Of a stretch of DNA of 64,000 nucleotides, positions 10,111-19,951 are shown piece after piece (the first letter of the stretch is position 1; every line of letters starts with the position of its first letter). The stretch lies in the NCBI GenBank assembly GCA_965649265.1, contig CBFGKC010000006.1, positions 96,001 to 160,000 of the forward strand, in the 5' to 3' direction. The translations under genes were made by a program, and so were the position numbers. The DNA comes from a candidate division WOR-3 bacterium (GTDB lineage: Bacteria; Hydrothermota; Tepidihabitantia; B3-TA06). The notes below the pieces were generated by a model. That model was not told the origin of the DNA. It worked only from the letters and a program-made list of their open reading frames with translations, and did not search any database.

Positions 10111-10155
10111 TGGGATACCTAAAAAGACTATGTGACTTTTGGGTCAAAAAGAGGG

Positions 10156-10902
10156 TTAATCGTCCGAATGGCCCCGGTTTATCATCTCCCACTCCTTTTG
10201 CTCGTCGACGAGAATGGGTTCTTCATCATTCTCATCGTAATCGGCCTCTGCGTAGTCGTGCAGTCTGAGACAGAGCTTTGCGTAGCTCTCGTCCTCGAAC
10301 CTCAGGCAGCACAACAGCCTGCCGCACATGCCCGAAATCTTGTCCGGGTTCACGTAAAGGTTCTGCCTGCGGGCCGAGCGAAGGCTTATAGGCCTCAATT
10401 CAGCCAAAAAGGCCGTGCAGCAGAGCGGCCTTCCGCATGGGCCAAGCCCGCCCACCAGCCTTGCATGATCCCTTATGCCTATTTGTTTTATGACTACCCT
10501 GCAGCCCAGAACCAGACTCACCTCCTTGTGCAGCTTGCGGAAATCCAGGCGGTGCTCGGAAAGAAAGTAGAACGCTATTTTCTGGCGGTCAATCCAGCCG
10601 TGAACGTCCACCACCCTCATGGGCATCTCGTACTCCTTGACTATTGCCTTGAACGTATTGAGGGCTTCGGCTTCCCATGAGCGCTGTTCCTTCAGAAGAA
10701 ACAGGTCATCTTCGGTGGCTTTTCTTATCGCGATGGCTTTTGGCTGGGCGTCGTCCGATTGGGCTTTTACGACACCGATGTCATCGCAGCCCTTGAAACG
10801 AAGTATGACCATGTCTCCAGGTAACAAATCAAGTCCCACCGCTGCGGTGGCGACCACGCGCATGAGCGAGTGACATTCTACTATGTAGTGCTTCTCACTC
10901 AT
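10156..10902 (-). CDS. PSP1/YaaT (RicT-like) regulatory Fe-S protein
   Basis: RLDFRKL, QIGIRD, GGLGPCGRPLCC, SGMCGRLLCCLRFE; start moved to MSEKHY. Confidence 0.9.
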   Translation of the reverse strand: MSEKHYIVECHSLMRVVATAAVGLDLLPGDMVILRFKGCDDIGVVKAQSDDAQPKAIAIRKATEDDLFLLKEQRSWEAEALNTFKAIVKEYEMPMRVVDVHGWIDRQKIAFYFLSEHRLDFRKLHKEVSLVLGCRVVIKQIGIRDHARLVGGLGPCGRPLCCTAFLAELRPISLRSARRQNLYVNPDKISGMCGRLLCCLRFEDESYAKLCLRLHDYAEADYDENDEEPILVDEQKEWEMINRGHSDD

Positions 10903-10906
10903 CCGG

Positions 10907-12055
10907 TTATCCCGAGCCGGGCAGATATCCTGCGGGTGAAACCAGGACATACTGTCCGAATCCGAGCTTGTCCTCGAAGATGAACTCGGAACCGCCGTTG
11001 TAGGTCCATACGATATAAGGATTCTGGTTCATCTCGAAGGGATGTTCCTCGACCTGATCGGGCGGGCCGAAGCGCATGTATATCTTCGCCCTGTCCGAAA
11101 GGTATCCCTTGTCGCCGTGCCCGAAGCTGCGTTCGCAGTAGTTTATCTTCTCAAAGTAATTCTCGAGAGTTTCGTTGTAGTCGGTCTGGGGGGTGGGGTC
11201 CTTGGTTTTCCAGAAACTGTCCCAGACAGACTGCCTCATTTCTGGCGCGACTTTTTTCATGTACTCGCGTTCGTCGGTAGTCGTTATGTAGATGAGCTTG
11301 TCAACGAGTTCATTGTAACGGCCTGGATCGAGTTTGAATGGCTTTTGAATGCGGAAGAAGGCCTCCTCTTCATCCAGCATCTTTCCCTTGCCGAATGCCT
11401 TTATCGAAATCTTGTACTCCTCGGTGGGAAACTTTTCGAGACCCACTATCCACTTTGCTTCGTCCGGAGGCTTTTCGATGTTTTCCTTTTGGGTGAAACC
11501 CGAGGATTCCTTGAATGTGATAGTCAACAGCGCGGAGTCGAGCTCTTGCTCGTATACGGGCACGCTCACGACGAGCGTGTCGTTGCCTGTGAAGGGTTTC
11601 GAGAGCATCCTTTGTCCCTGCCCGTCCGCGATTTCAGGAGTTCCGAGCGCTTTATGGTAGATATCCATCTCGAAATCCTTGCTGAGCCTGCGGGTTGCGC
11701 CCAGCATTCGCACGCTTACATTGCCCTGGTAGTGTCCTTTGGGAAGAAAGACCTCGAGCGTTTCGGACACCGTCTTCATGCGTGAGGCAGCGTCCTCGGT
11801 GGACCACACAACAACGTCTCCGAAACTTTCAGTGCCGTATACCTCCTTCTTTTTGTCCGTCAGCTGCAAGACAGTCTGATACGATGCCTTGTACTCGTTG
11901 CCGGACTTAGTGAACTGAAGGCTCGAGTATGGCAGCGAAAGGTAAACTCTTACGAAGAATTTTCCATCCGCCTCGCCTCGTTCGATGGAGGTCTGAAAAT
12001 CGTACTCCACCGACCCTGGTTGACCAAGCAAAGATATAATTAATAGTAACTGCAT
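10907..12055 (-). CDS. GWxTD-domain protein, exported
   Basis: Signal peptide; FWKTKDPTP, NE..NYF, GYLSDRAKIYMRFGPPD. Confidence 0.88.
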   Translation of the reverse strand: MQLLLIISLLGQPGSVEYDFQTSIERGEADGKFFVRVYLSLPYSSLQFTKSGNEYKASYQTVLQLTDKKKEVYGTESFGDVVVWSTEDAASRMKTVSETLEVFLPKGHYQGNVSVRMLGATRRLSKDFEMDIYHKALGTPEIADGQGQRMLSKPFTGNDTLVVSVPVYEQELDSALLTITFKESSGFTQKENIEKPPDEAKWIVGLEKFPTEEYKISIKAFGKGKMLDEEEAFFRIQKPFKLDPGRYNELVDKLIYITTTDEREYMKKVAPEMRQSVWDSFWKTKDPTPQTDYNETLENYFEKINYCERSFGHGDKGYLSDRAKIYMRFGPPDQVEEHPFEMNQNPYIVWTYNGGSEFIFEDKLGFGQYVLVSPAGYLPGSG

Positions 12056-12061
12056 CACTAT

Positions 12062-12089
12062 ATCATAACCGCATAGAGTGAGATGTCAA
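12062..12089 (-). promoter_or_regulatory. sigma70-type promoter, leaderless GWxTD gene
   Basis: TTGACA-N16-TATGAT-N6-ATG on minus strand. Confidence 0.7.
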
Positions 12090-12440
12090 GAAGGAGGTTT
12101 GCTCCTTTGCCGAAAAGATCGCAAGAGAAGGGTTCCGGACAGAAGCTCATTCGGTTTTAAGCCTGCAGTTTTGCCAGTACAGTCTTACGACTCTGAAGTA
12201 ACTTCCGTAAGACCCATCGGTCGAACTTCGTTCGAGAAAGACGTTGTAAGATCAGGGTGTTTTGGACAAGGAGCTAACTGATTCAGATAAGAGAATCTCT
12301 GGGCAAGCTTGGCTGTCACTATTACGAATCTCAGGTAGTGTCGGAGGTGCTGCAACCTCCTGAAGGCGTAAGTAAAGCCAATCAATAACCTCGTTCACTT
12401 TGTTTATCTTTTCTTGCCGAAAGACAAGAAGCTAGGGAAG

Positions 12441-12602
12441 GCTCTGAGTGAGGGCGAGCGCCTCGAAGGCGCTGGGCGCAAGCTTCACTTCCGCCATTTT
12501 ACATCTACTCTCTAATGAGGAGCGCCGGAGGCGCATGAGCAGAATGGAATTCTACAACTGAGGGCGTCGACATCGAATGTCGCTTGTCGAACTTCCTTCG
12601 AC
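12441..12602 (-). repeat. dispersed ~170-bp multi-hairpin repeat, copy 2
   Basis: Reverse complement aligns with 5286-5461. Confidence 0.85.
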
Positions 12603-12658
12603 AGATTATTCCATGGAAAGATCAGAGGGAAAATCTGAGAGGGGGGCTCTGAGTAGTG

Positions 12659-12717
12659 CCCCGTAACACACCCGTAACACACCCGTAACACACCCGTAAC
12701 ACGACCGTAACACGACC
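12659..12717 (+). repeat. 11-bp tandem array CCCGTAACACA x5
   Basis: Direct reading; last two copies degenerate (CCGTAACACGA). Confidence 0.88.
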
Positions 12718-12786
12718 TCGTTCGACTTTGTTCGTAATTGAGGGAAAGCTGCTCAGATTGTCTTATCAGTGTCGTTGAATATGGTT

Positions 12787-12818
12787 CTGAGGAGGGCTGA
12801 GGAGGGCTGAGGAGGGCT
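12787..12818 (+). repeat. 10-bp tandem repeat CTGAGGAGGG x3
   Basis: Direct reading; abuts the stop codon of the 12817 gene. Confidence 0.8.
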
Positions 12819-14577
12819 ACCACTCGATCATGTAAATAGCATTATTCCAATCGGAAAGTACTGCCTGGGTCTTACCTAAATAGCTCCGTACCCAGATATC
12901 TGTGATGAGAGTGCCCACTTTCTTTCTCTTGATGAGTGACGGATTGGCAGGGCTTGAAACATCAAGAACCCTAAGTCCGCATACTCCGTCGGCCAGATAA
13001 GCCGTATTTCCCGAGAAGTAAAAACCTCTGGTATCGCTTCCCTGATCCCCGACCCATGTCGCCAGTTGTTTGGGTTTCTGGGGATTGGTTACGTCAAGAA
13101 CAATAAACCCTTGAGTACCGGCTGCAACGTAAGCACACTGTTGCGCGACGAATACCTTGTAAACCGCGTCACTTGTCGGAAATATGCTTGCATGCTGTAT
13201 CGGGTCGTTTGCAACCGGATTCCAACTGAGGATTTGCACGCCCGCATTACCTTCGGAAACGTATATGTAGTTGTCGGCCACAAAAATGCTCTGAGGTATG
13301 TCGTAAATGGTGTCAACACAAAGAGTGGTATCGGTGTTGTAGTCGAAATACACGATGGTGCTTGTGGAAGTAGCTGGATTGGTGCAACCTATAAAGATTG
13401 CGCTTCCCAGATTGTATACCGCTCTTGCTTCCCCGCCCAGGGTTGATGCGTCAATAGAAATAACTTCCTCTGGCGAGTATGGGTCCGAAACATGGTATGC
13501 GTGGTAACCTTCCTTGCCGAAAGCCACATGCAGAAGGTTTGCCGGGAGGTAAAGATCGTAGGCGTAGGCGTCAGGGTTGCCGTGAGGAGTACGTATGACG
13601 GTTCCGGGGTTCAGCCCGGCGTCGAAAACCTGAAAGCCTTGCACGCTCTTTTCACGTGCGGCACAGAAAATGTGGTCTGCGGTATTGGCCAGGCGGACGC
13701 CGTGACCTCCGTCAAGATCAAGTGTTCCTGAGAGGCTGTCAGTAGTGGTAAAGATTCTATTCGAGTAAACCCTTTTGTTGTCGGAGTCAACTATCGCTAC
13801 AACGTAATAGTATCCGGTTCCAGGGGTCAGAGAAACGTCCGTCCATGTCGTGTCCGTCTGGTTGAATATTACCTCAACAGCCGAACCGATTGTGTTGGTA
13901 TCGGGCGCGACAGAGCGGTAAATTTCGTAGCAAAACCATCTGGCGTAGGTGCTGGCAGTCCAGGTGAGTGTCAGTTGTCTGGTCGTAACATTTGTGGCCG
14001 GCAAGAGGGTTACTGGTTTGAGGGTATCTTTTTCAACGGTCACAACCAGAGAATCATAAGCAACCCCGCCTTTACCGTCTGAAACCGTCAGGCAAAAAAG
14101 GTATTCTTTAGGATCCCAGGGAGCCTTCCACGTAAAGGATTGTCCTGAATAGATCGTATCCTCATCCACGGATGCCCATTCGAAGGTCAAAGAATCGCCG
14201 TCGGGATCCTCTGCGGCGGTCTGGATGAGAGTGGTATGGCCGGTCTTTAAGGGATTTACGGAAGCGGATACCGATGTTATTACGGGTTGGTTATTTCCTT
14301 TAATGAGTTCGGCCGTCGTGTCGAAAGAAGGGAGTTGCATGGTTAAATCAATCTCATGTTTCCACTCCACATAATCCGTGAGCGCCAACCTCAATTCGTG
14401 ATGGCCGAAAGGCACGTCCTCGAGTACGCAATCCGTCTTTGCTCCTGTAAGGCTGTCGTCGAGGAAAATATCTGCGCCCGAAGGTACCGACTTGATATCT
14501 ACCGTTCCCGTTTGAGGCAGGCAAGAAATTGTCGCGATCAAAGCCGGATAAAATAACCTCAGCAAACCCTTTTGCAT
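12817..14577 (-). CDS. lipoprotein with PEGA, Ig/PKD-like, FN3-like and LVIVD-repeat domains
   Basis: Lipobox TISC; SVPSGADIFLD (PEGA); DPDGDSLTFEW; YYYVV; AYLADGVCGLRVLDVSSP. Confidence 0.85.
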   Translation of the reverse strand: MQKGLLRLFYPALIATISCLPQTGTVDIKSVPSGADIFLDDSLTGAKTDCVLEDVPFGHHELRLALTDYVEWKHEIDLTMQLPSFDTTAELIKGNNQPVITSVSASVNPLKTGHTTLIQTAAEDPDGDSLTFEWASVDEDTIYSGQSFTWKAPWDPKEYLFCLTVSDGKGGVAYDSLVVTVEKDTLKPVTLLPATNVTTRQLTLTWTASTYARWFCYEIYRSVAPDTNTIGSAVEVIFNQTDTTWTDVSLTPGTGYYYVVAIVDSDNKRVYSNRIFTTTDSLSGTLDLDGGHGVRLANTADHIFCAAREKSVQGFQVFDAGLNPGTVIRTPHGNPDAYAYDLYLPANLLHVAFGKEGYHAYHVSDPYSPEEVISIDASTLGGEARAVYNLGSAIFIGCTNPATSTSTIVYFDYNTDTTLCVDTIYDIPQSIFVADNYIYVSEGNAGVQILSWNPVANDPIQHASIFPTSDAVYKVFVAQQCAYVAAGTQGFIVLDVTNPQKPKQLATWVGDQGSDTRGFYFSGNTAYLADGVCGLRVLDVSSPANPSLIKRKKVGTLITDIWVRSYLGKTQAVLSDWNNAIYMIEW

Positions 14578-14690
14578 CTCTCGTCCTTTCTGAAAGTTAA
14601 TTTAGTATAACCTCGTAATGGGGTATGTCAAGGCAAACAAAACGCGGGGTCGAAGTTCCGTAAAACTTGTTTCATCATCTTGCTAATGCA

Positions 14691-14840
14691 TCAATCCGGT
14701 TTTCTGATTGTCTGCTCCAGGCTTGGGCTAGGGGGAGGAGGCAAGGCCTGGACAATCTGGAGTGTAAAATGTCCATTTCTTCGCAGCATATCGATATCCT
14801 CACGTTCCTTCAGACTCAAGTGATAGTATTCCTTGTGCAT
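14691..14840 (-). pseudogene. IS30-family transposase N-terminal remnant
   Basis: MHKEYYHLSLKEREDIDMLRRNGHF..QI.QAL resembles the IS30 HTH start (Y-H-L-S-x-x-E-R-x-x-I); truncated at 49 aa. Confidence 0.5.
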
Positions 14841-14975
14841 ACTTATAGCAACGAAATTCCACTCACTTTTCAAGGTCTTGAAAATCATTGTTTGTACTTA
14901 CTTCATTCTACTTGACAAAGCTAGGAATGTTATTAATCTTGACGTATATATCAACAATATAATCAAAGGAGAGAG

Positions 14976-15866
14976 ATGGAAAAAACCACAGTCCTTGCAA
15001 AGCTTCGGGTGTCAATGAAATTCTCAGAAGAAGCCCAAGATTGGTTAAGGGAGGTATCGAAAAAGGATATTTGGTTTACGAAAGAAGCAGGAACTCCTTT
15101 CTTTTTGGAATTCAGAGGGTGGTGGAAAAAAGCCCTGATTTCTTCAAGTGAACCAATAATATGTGAGTATTTTCTTGGTCTTGGTTTGCCTGAAGATAAG
15201 CTCCCTCATATTGAGCTATATGAAACTTATCCGGGATCATGGAATATGGATGCATCTCTGGTGATTGTTGGAGCAGTAGGGATGGCATATAAGATTCTGA
15301 AGGGTCTTTCTGAACTCCCCAAGATTGCAGATGGTCTAATGAAATTAAGGGATCGATTAAAACAAGCGTTCACAAAAGAAGCAAATCAAAAAGCAACCGA
15401 AGCCCTTACAACTCAGGTAAAACAGAATAATTTACCTTCTCCTCCATCCAATCCGATTCGGACTGATTACGTTATAGATGCTCGTCCCATCGTTGCGTTA
15501 ACTTCCGTGACTTCTTCCCATGGGCTTCACATGAGTGTTGCTGTAACTCGAGGTGCCTTAACACTTGAGAATCTCGGAGATGAGCCACTAAGGGATATAA
15601 GGATAGGTATATTCAAGAGTAATTCCCCTCAAAATGAATGGAGGTATGCAGATTCTTACATGGGTGAAGTGGCTATGTTGTCCTCAAAGCAAACAATTAC
15701 GAAGGAATTAGCTGACTTTAGAGATTCCGATGATATACCTTTGGACCTTTCCGATGATATTCCCTTTTATGTAGATTGTTGGATTCAAGATATTCACGGT
15801 ATCTACCTTTTTATATTCTACCTAGAAAAAGAAAATCCTAAAGAACAACGTAGGGGCCGACCTTAA
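14976..15866 (+). CDS. hypothetical protein (AT-rich, probably acquired)
   Basis: 296-aa ORF with RBS AAAGGAGAG; no recognised motif. Confidence 0.75.
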   Translation: MEKTTVLAKLRVSMKFSEEAQDWLREVSKKDIWFTKEAGTPFFLEFRGWWKKALISSSEPIICEYFLGLGLPEDKLPHIELYETYPGSWNMDASLVIVGAVGMAYKILKGLSELPKIADGLMKLRDRLKQAFTKEANQKATEALTTQVKQNNLPSPPSNPIRTDYVIDARPIVALTSVTSSHGLHMSVAVTRGALTLENLGDEPLRDIRIGIFKSNSPQNEWRYADSYMGEVAMLSSKQTITKELADFRDSDDIPLDLSDDIPFYVDCWIQDIHGIYLFIFYLEKENPKEQRRGRP

Positions 15867-15875
15867 GGTCGGCCC
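15850..15875. repeat. GTAG-type REP-like palindrome or bidirectional terminator
   Basis: GTAG-GGGCCGACC-TTAA-GGTCGGCCC between convergent genes; similar copy at 52212-52238. Confidence 0.7.
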
Positions 15876-15905
15876 GCGATTTCTCTCGAGAAAGATTTTA
15901 ACCGG

Positions 15906-17453
15906 TTAAAATCTCTCCGTTATTGATTTTCCCTGCATGAACAGCAACAAGTAGTCGCGTCCGCCGGCCTTGGAGTCGGTGCCGGACATGTTGAAACCGC
16001 CGAACGGCTGCACGTCAACGAGCGCCCCCGTGCACTTGCGGTTGATGTACATGTTGCCGACGTGGAAGAGCCTCTTGGCCTTCTCTATCTTTGCTCTGTC
16101 GCGTGTGAACACCGCGCCGGTCAGGCCGTACTCGGTCGAGTTCACTATCCTGAGGCCGTCTTCAAAGTCCTTGCACTTTATCAACGCAAGAACCGGAGCG
16201 AATATCTCCTCCTGCGCGATGCGGGCGTCCCAGGCGATATCGCCGAATACGGTGGGTTCGATAAAGAAGCCCTTGTCGCCGGCGCGGCCGCCGCCCGTCA
16301 GGAGCTTGCCTTCCTTTTTGCCAATCTCGATGTAGGCGAGCGTGTTCTTCATTGACTTCTCGTTGATAACGGGGCCCATCCAGTACTGCTGGTCCTTGGT
16401 GGGGCCGACCGTGATCTTCTGCACGCGCGGCACGAGCTTTTTCACGAACTCGTCGTAGACCTTCTCTGAGATTATCGCGCGCGAGCAGGCCGAGCACTTC
16501 TGACCCTGGAACCCGAACGCCGATATCGCGACCGCTTCCACCGCGGCGTCTATATCGGAATCCTCGTCCACAAGGATGCAGTCCTTGCCTCCCATCTCGG
16601 CGACCACGCGCTTTATCCAAATCTGGCCCTTCTGCGTTTTGGCCGCGTTCTCGATTATCCGCAGACCAACTTCCTTGGAGCCCGTGAAGCTGATGAACCG
16701 CGTCTTGGGATGGTTCACGAGGTACTCGCCCGCTATCGAGCCCGGGCCGGTCAAAAAGTTAAGCACCCCCCCGGGGAGTCCGGCTTCCTTCATTATCTCT
16801 AAAAATAGCTGACCCATCATGGGCGAATCTGAGGAGGGCTTGAGGATTATCGTGTTGCCCGTGACCATGGCGGCCGTGCTCATGCCGACGAGGATCGCCC
16901 AGGGGAAGTTCCACGGCGGAATAATCAATCCGACTCCGAGTGCGATGTAGCGCAGTTCGTTGTTCTCGCCAGGGAAAGGTGTTACGCCCTGATTGGGGCC
17001 CAGTCTCAGCATCTCGCGTGCGTAGAAGTCGAGAAAGTCTATGCCCTCGGCGGTGTCCGCGTCCGCCTCGAGCCAGTTCTTGCCTTCCTCGAGAACCATC
17101 GCGGCGTTTATCTCGTAGCGGCGGCGGCGCGAAATCTCGGCGGCCTTGAGAAAGATGTTCGCGCGCTCGCGGTAGTCAAAGAAGCGCCACCACTCGAACG
17201 CCTCGAGTGCCGCCTGCATTGCCTGCTCGGCCAGCTTCTCGTCGGCTTTCTGGAAGTTGCCGATGACCTGCTCGGGATTCGCGGGATTGATTGACGCAAA
17301 GGTTTCCTTAGCCTTCACGTCCTTTCCGCCGATGTACAGGGGATAGGTCTGGCCAAGCTTCGCCTCGAGCGCGGCAATGGCCTCAAGCTGCTTTTTCTTG
17401 CAGCCCTCGCACGAAAAGTCCTTGTAAGTTTCGTTCTTGAACGGAAGAACCAC
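15906..17453 (-). CDS. pruA: L-glutamate gamma-semialdehyde (P5C) dehydrogenase
   Basis: PFKNE, PWNFP, FTGSKEVG, AEMGGKD, GQKCSACSR, QPFGGFNMSGTDSKAGG. Confidence 0.96.
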   Translation of the reverse strand: MVLPFKNETYKDFSCEGCKKKQLEAIAALEAKLGQTYPLYIGGKDVKAKETFASINPANPEQVIGNFQKADEKLAEQAMQAALEAFEWWRFFDYRERANIFLKAAEISRRRRYEINAAMVLEEGKNWLEADADTAEGIDFLDFYAREMLRLGPNQGVTPFPGENNELRYIALGVGLIIPPWNFPWAILVGMSTAAMVTGNTIILKPSSDSPMMGQLFLEIMKEAGLPGGVLNFLTGPGSIAGEYLVNHPKTRFISFTGSKEVGLRIIENAAKTQKGQIWIKRVVAEMGGKDCILVDEDSDIDAAVEAVAISAFGFQGQKCSACSRAIISEKVYDEFVKKLVPRVQKITVGPTKDQQYWMGPVINEKSMKNTLAYIEIGKKEGKLLTGGGRAGDKGFFIEPTVFGDIAWDARIAQEEIFAPVLALIKCKDFEDGLRIVNSTEYGLTGAVFTRDRAKIEKAKRLFHVGNMYINRKCTGALVDVQPFGGFNMSGTDSKAGGRDYLLLFMQGKSITERF

Positions 17454-17634
17454 ATTTCCTCCTTGGGTTGGATTTTGATTTTGAATTTTGAGATAATCTT
17501 ACCGATTAGGGAAGGAAAGTCAAACGGGGAAGCCCCCTCGCCCGTCGGGGAAGGGGAAGGGTGAGGGTTACCGGGGTTCCCTCGGACGTGCCTGGTTCGT
17601 TCGTGAGGAAAAGAAAAGTCAAATGAAAATACTG

Positions 17635-17662
17635 TTGACATTTTAGGCGTGATATGTACAAT
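17635..17662 (+). promoter_or_regulatory. sigma70-type promoter
   Basis: TTGACA-N16-TACAAT. Confidence 0.6.
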
Positions 17663-17695
17663 ATCTTACAGGCTTTTTTTAACAGAGGAGGATTC

Positions 17696-18064
17696 ATGCC
17701 AAGATTCAAATGCCCTCATTGTGGTTTTCCATTCGATGCTCCAGCAGCTAAAACTGTGTTTTGTCCAAGATGCAGAGGACCAGTTGCTCAATTCAAAGGG
17801 GGTGGTTGTTTTATTGCGAGTGAAGTGTATGGGGCAAACGCTACTCAAACTAATACTCTTCGATTGTATCGCGATCAAATTCTTCTTAAATCAAAAATCG
17901 GCTGTATTACAGTTGCTTTGTATTACCTCACATCTCCGAAAGTTGCGCAATTCCTTTATACTCATAGATCTTACTCTGTATTTGTTCGTCAGTCTTTTTT
18001 AGATTCTTTTGTGAATTACGCAGAAATATGTCTTAAACAACATGAGAGAAAACTGAAGGTCTAG
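17696..18064 (+). CDS. small zinc-ribbon protein with CFI-box C-terminal domain
   Basis: CPHC...CPRC, then GGGCFIASEVYG...LRLYRD...YYLTSPKVA; RBS GAGGAG. Confidence 0.8.
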   Translation: MPRFKCPHCGFPFDAPAAKTVFCPRCRGPVAQFKGGGCFIASEVYGANATQTNTLRLYRDQILLKSKIGCITVALYYLTSPKVAQFLYTHRSYSVFVRQSFLDSFVNYAEICLKQHERKLKV

Positions 18065-18206
18065 ACCGTATAAGTTTATTTTTCAAGTCAGCTGTGTAAT
18101 TCTCGGGCCGGTCTACGCGAAGCGGATGCCACAGGTGTCAACATAGGCCCCTACAATTTATTCGATTCTACTGGGGGGTAGCCTAAGGAGCATTCCCTTC
18201 GGGAAT

Positions 18207-18308
18207 AGATTCTCACGTCGCAGGCTTTAACTGAAAGCCTGCTCCTCAGAATGACATATTTAACTTGGGCCAAGTCATCCTGAGGACGCGTAGCGTCCGT
18301 GAGGATCT
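18207..18308. repeat. inverted pair of GTCAT(C/T)CTGAG...GA(A/G)TCT-type REP-like elements
   Basis: 18207-18256 (-) and 18274-18308 (+), each with an internal hairpin. Confidence 0.7.
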
Positions 18309-18434
18309 CACTAAATGAAAGCGGATGTTCATTTACTCGTGCCCTCAAACAGGCGATTGCTTCAATTGCTCGATGCTAGCTCGCCAAAGATTTTTTCCCT
18401 CCTTTTTTTTCCCTCCCCGCAGTGGGGGAGGGGG

Positions 18435-19889
18435 CTACCTCAACGCGATAATCTTCCTCGTGACCTGCTTTCCGTTCGCGCGGAGGGTGCAGAAGTAGAC
18501 ACCACTACCCTCAGCGCCCCCCTCCCTCAACGCGATGCGGTGGGAGCCTTTGCCCATCCACCCTTGCGCGAGCGTGGCCACCCTGCGGCCCGCCGGGTCG
18601 TAGAGCGCGAGCTCAACCTCAGCCGCTTCGGGAAGGTAGAAGCTTAAGACCGGCCTGGCAAAGCCGCTTTGCTCCACATCGAAAAGTAATCCCAGGTGCT
18701 TGCGTTCCTCACCCACACCCGGGACGGGCTTGACCGGGATGCGGCCGCGCAGGTAGAGTATCTCGCTGTTGCCGGGCGCAAGGTCGTGGTAAATCAAATT
18801 GACGAACGAATCCGTCAGCGCCACGAACGGGCTGTAAGAAGCGGTCAAGGTCTGCGAGAGATTCGTGTCCGCGTTCCACGTCGCGCCGAGGTCGTGTGAC
18901 TCCGCGAAGTAGATTTCGAAATTGCCGTCGCGAGTGTCGTGCCACGAGACGTAGATGCTTGAGTCTCTCGCCGCAAGCGACGGGTTCATGGAGTACCCGG
19001 CCGCGTTCGAAACGCGCGATGGGCTCGACCAGGTCTCGCCGCGGTCCAGTGAATACTCGGTGAATATCTCGAAGTTATAGTCAAACCGCCTGTCCATCCA
19101 CGCGAGATAGATCACCGAATCCTGGACCTCTATCGTCGGCATCCACGAGCTTGCCGGGTCGTCCGTGAGGCGTGTATCCTCGCTCCAGGTCATGCCCGCA
19201 TCCGCCGAGCGCTTGAAATAAATCTCCCTCGAGCCCGAGCGCGCGTCCGACCAGACCACGTAGACGTTGGAATCCTTTACCGCCACGCAGGGGAAGCATG
19301 AATCCGAAGGAATCTGTACGAGCCGCACATCCGCGTCCCAGGTCTGACCGGCATCCACCGATCGCTTGTAGTAAACCTCGTCCGTGGCGTTGCGGTTGTC
19401 CTCCCACACGACGTGGACGAAGGTGCCCGAAGCCGCCATCGAGCCGAAGCGCGAGCGCGCGGGGTCCGTCGTAAGGCGGACCTCATCATCCCATGTCTGG
19501 CCGTCGTCCGAAGACCGGCGGAAGTACATCTCCAGGTTGCCGTCGCGCCAGTCCTGCCACAGGACGTACACGAGGGAATCCTCGACCGCGATTGAAGGAT
19601 ATGCCGACCCGCTTGGCGTGAGGCTGACCTTCATTGCGTCGTTCCAGGTCACACCCTTATCGGCGGACCTGATGTAGTAGAGGTTGTTCGGGGCCTCGGC
19701 CTCACCCCAGATGACGTGAACGGTTGCGTCCCATACCGCCATGCAGCGGGAGTTGTTGTATCCCAGGTACGACCATGTCGGTGTCTCGGAGAGCTGTTGT
19801 AACGGTTCCCAAAGAACCTCCGCGTCGAGTGTTCCGGTTCCTGAGATCGCGATAAGCAGCGAAATCATGACTGAAAAGAAAGTCTTCAT
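18435..19889 (-). CDS. secreted BNR/Asp-box (sialidase-like) propeller protein with T9SS-type CTD
   Basis: Repeated WxDxRDGNxEIYxxRSxDxGxTW; C-terminal LYDPAGRRV...GVYF...RKIIALR. Confidence 0.88.
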   Translation of the reverse strand: MKTFFSVMISLLIAISGTGTLDAEVLWEPLQQLSETPTWSYLGYNNSRCMAVWDATVHVIWGEAEAPNNLYYIRSADKGVTWNDAMKVSLTPSGSAYPSIAVEDSLVYVLWQDWRDGNLEMYFRRSSDDGQTWDDEVRLTTDPARSRFGSMAASGTFVHVVWEDNRNATDEVYYKRSVDAGQTWDADVRLVQIPSDSCFPCVAVKDSNVYVVWSDARSGSREIYFKRSADAGMTWSEDTRLTDDPASSWMPTIEVQDSVIYLAWMDRRFDYNFEIFTEYSLDRGETWSSPSRVSNAAGYSMNPSLAARDSSIYVSWHDTRDGNFEIYFAESHDLGATWNADTNLSQTLTASYSPFVALTDSFVNLIYHDLAPGNSEILYLRGRIPVKPVPGVGEERKHLGLLFDVEQSGFARPVLSFYLPEAAEVELALYDPAGRRVATLAQGWMGKGSHRIALREGGAEGSGVYFCTLRANGKQVTRKIIALR

Positions 19890-19951
19890 CCATTCCTCCT
19901 GAATGTTATTTTAAATCGAATCTGTAGAGAGACCACGGCCGTTGAAGCCAG

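Noticed and set aside
18401-18434. Intrinsic terminator for the 18435 gene
   Set aside because: The T-run is on the wrong side (A-run follows on the transcribed strand); more likely a REP-like hairpin.
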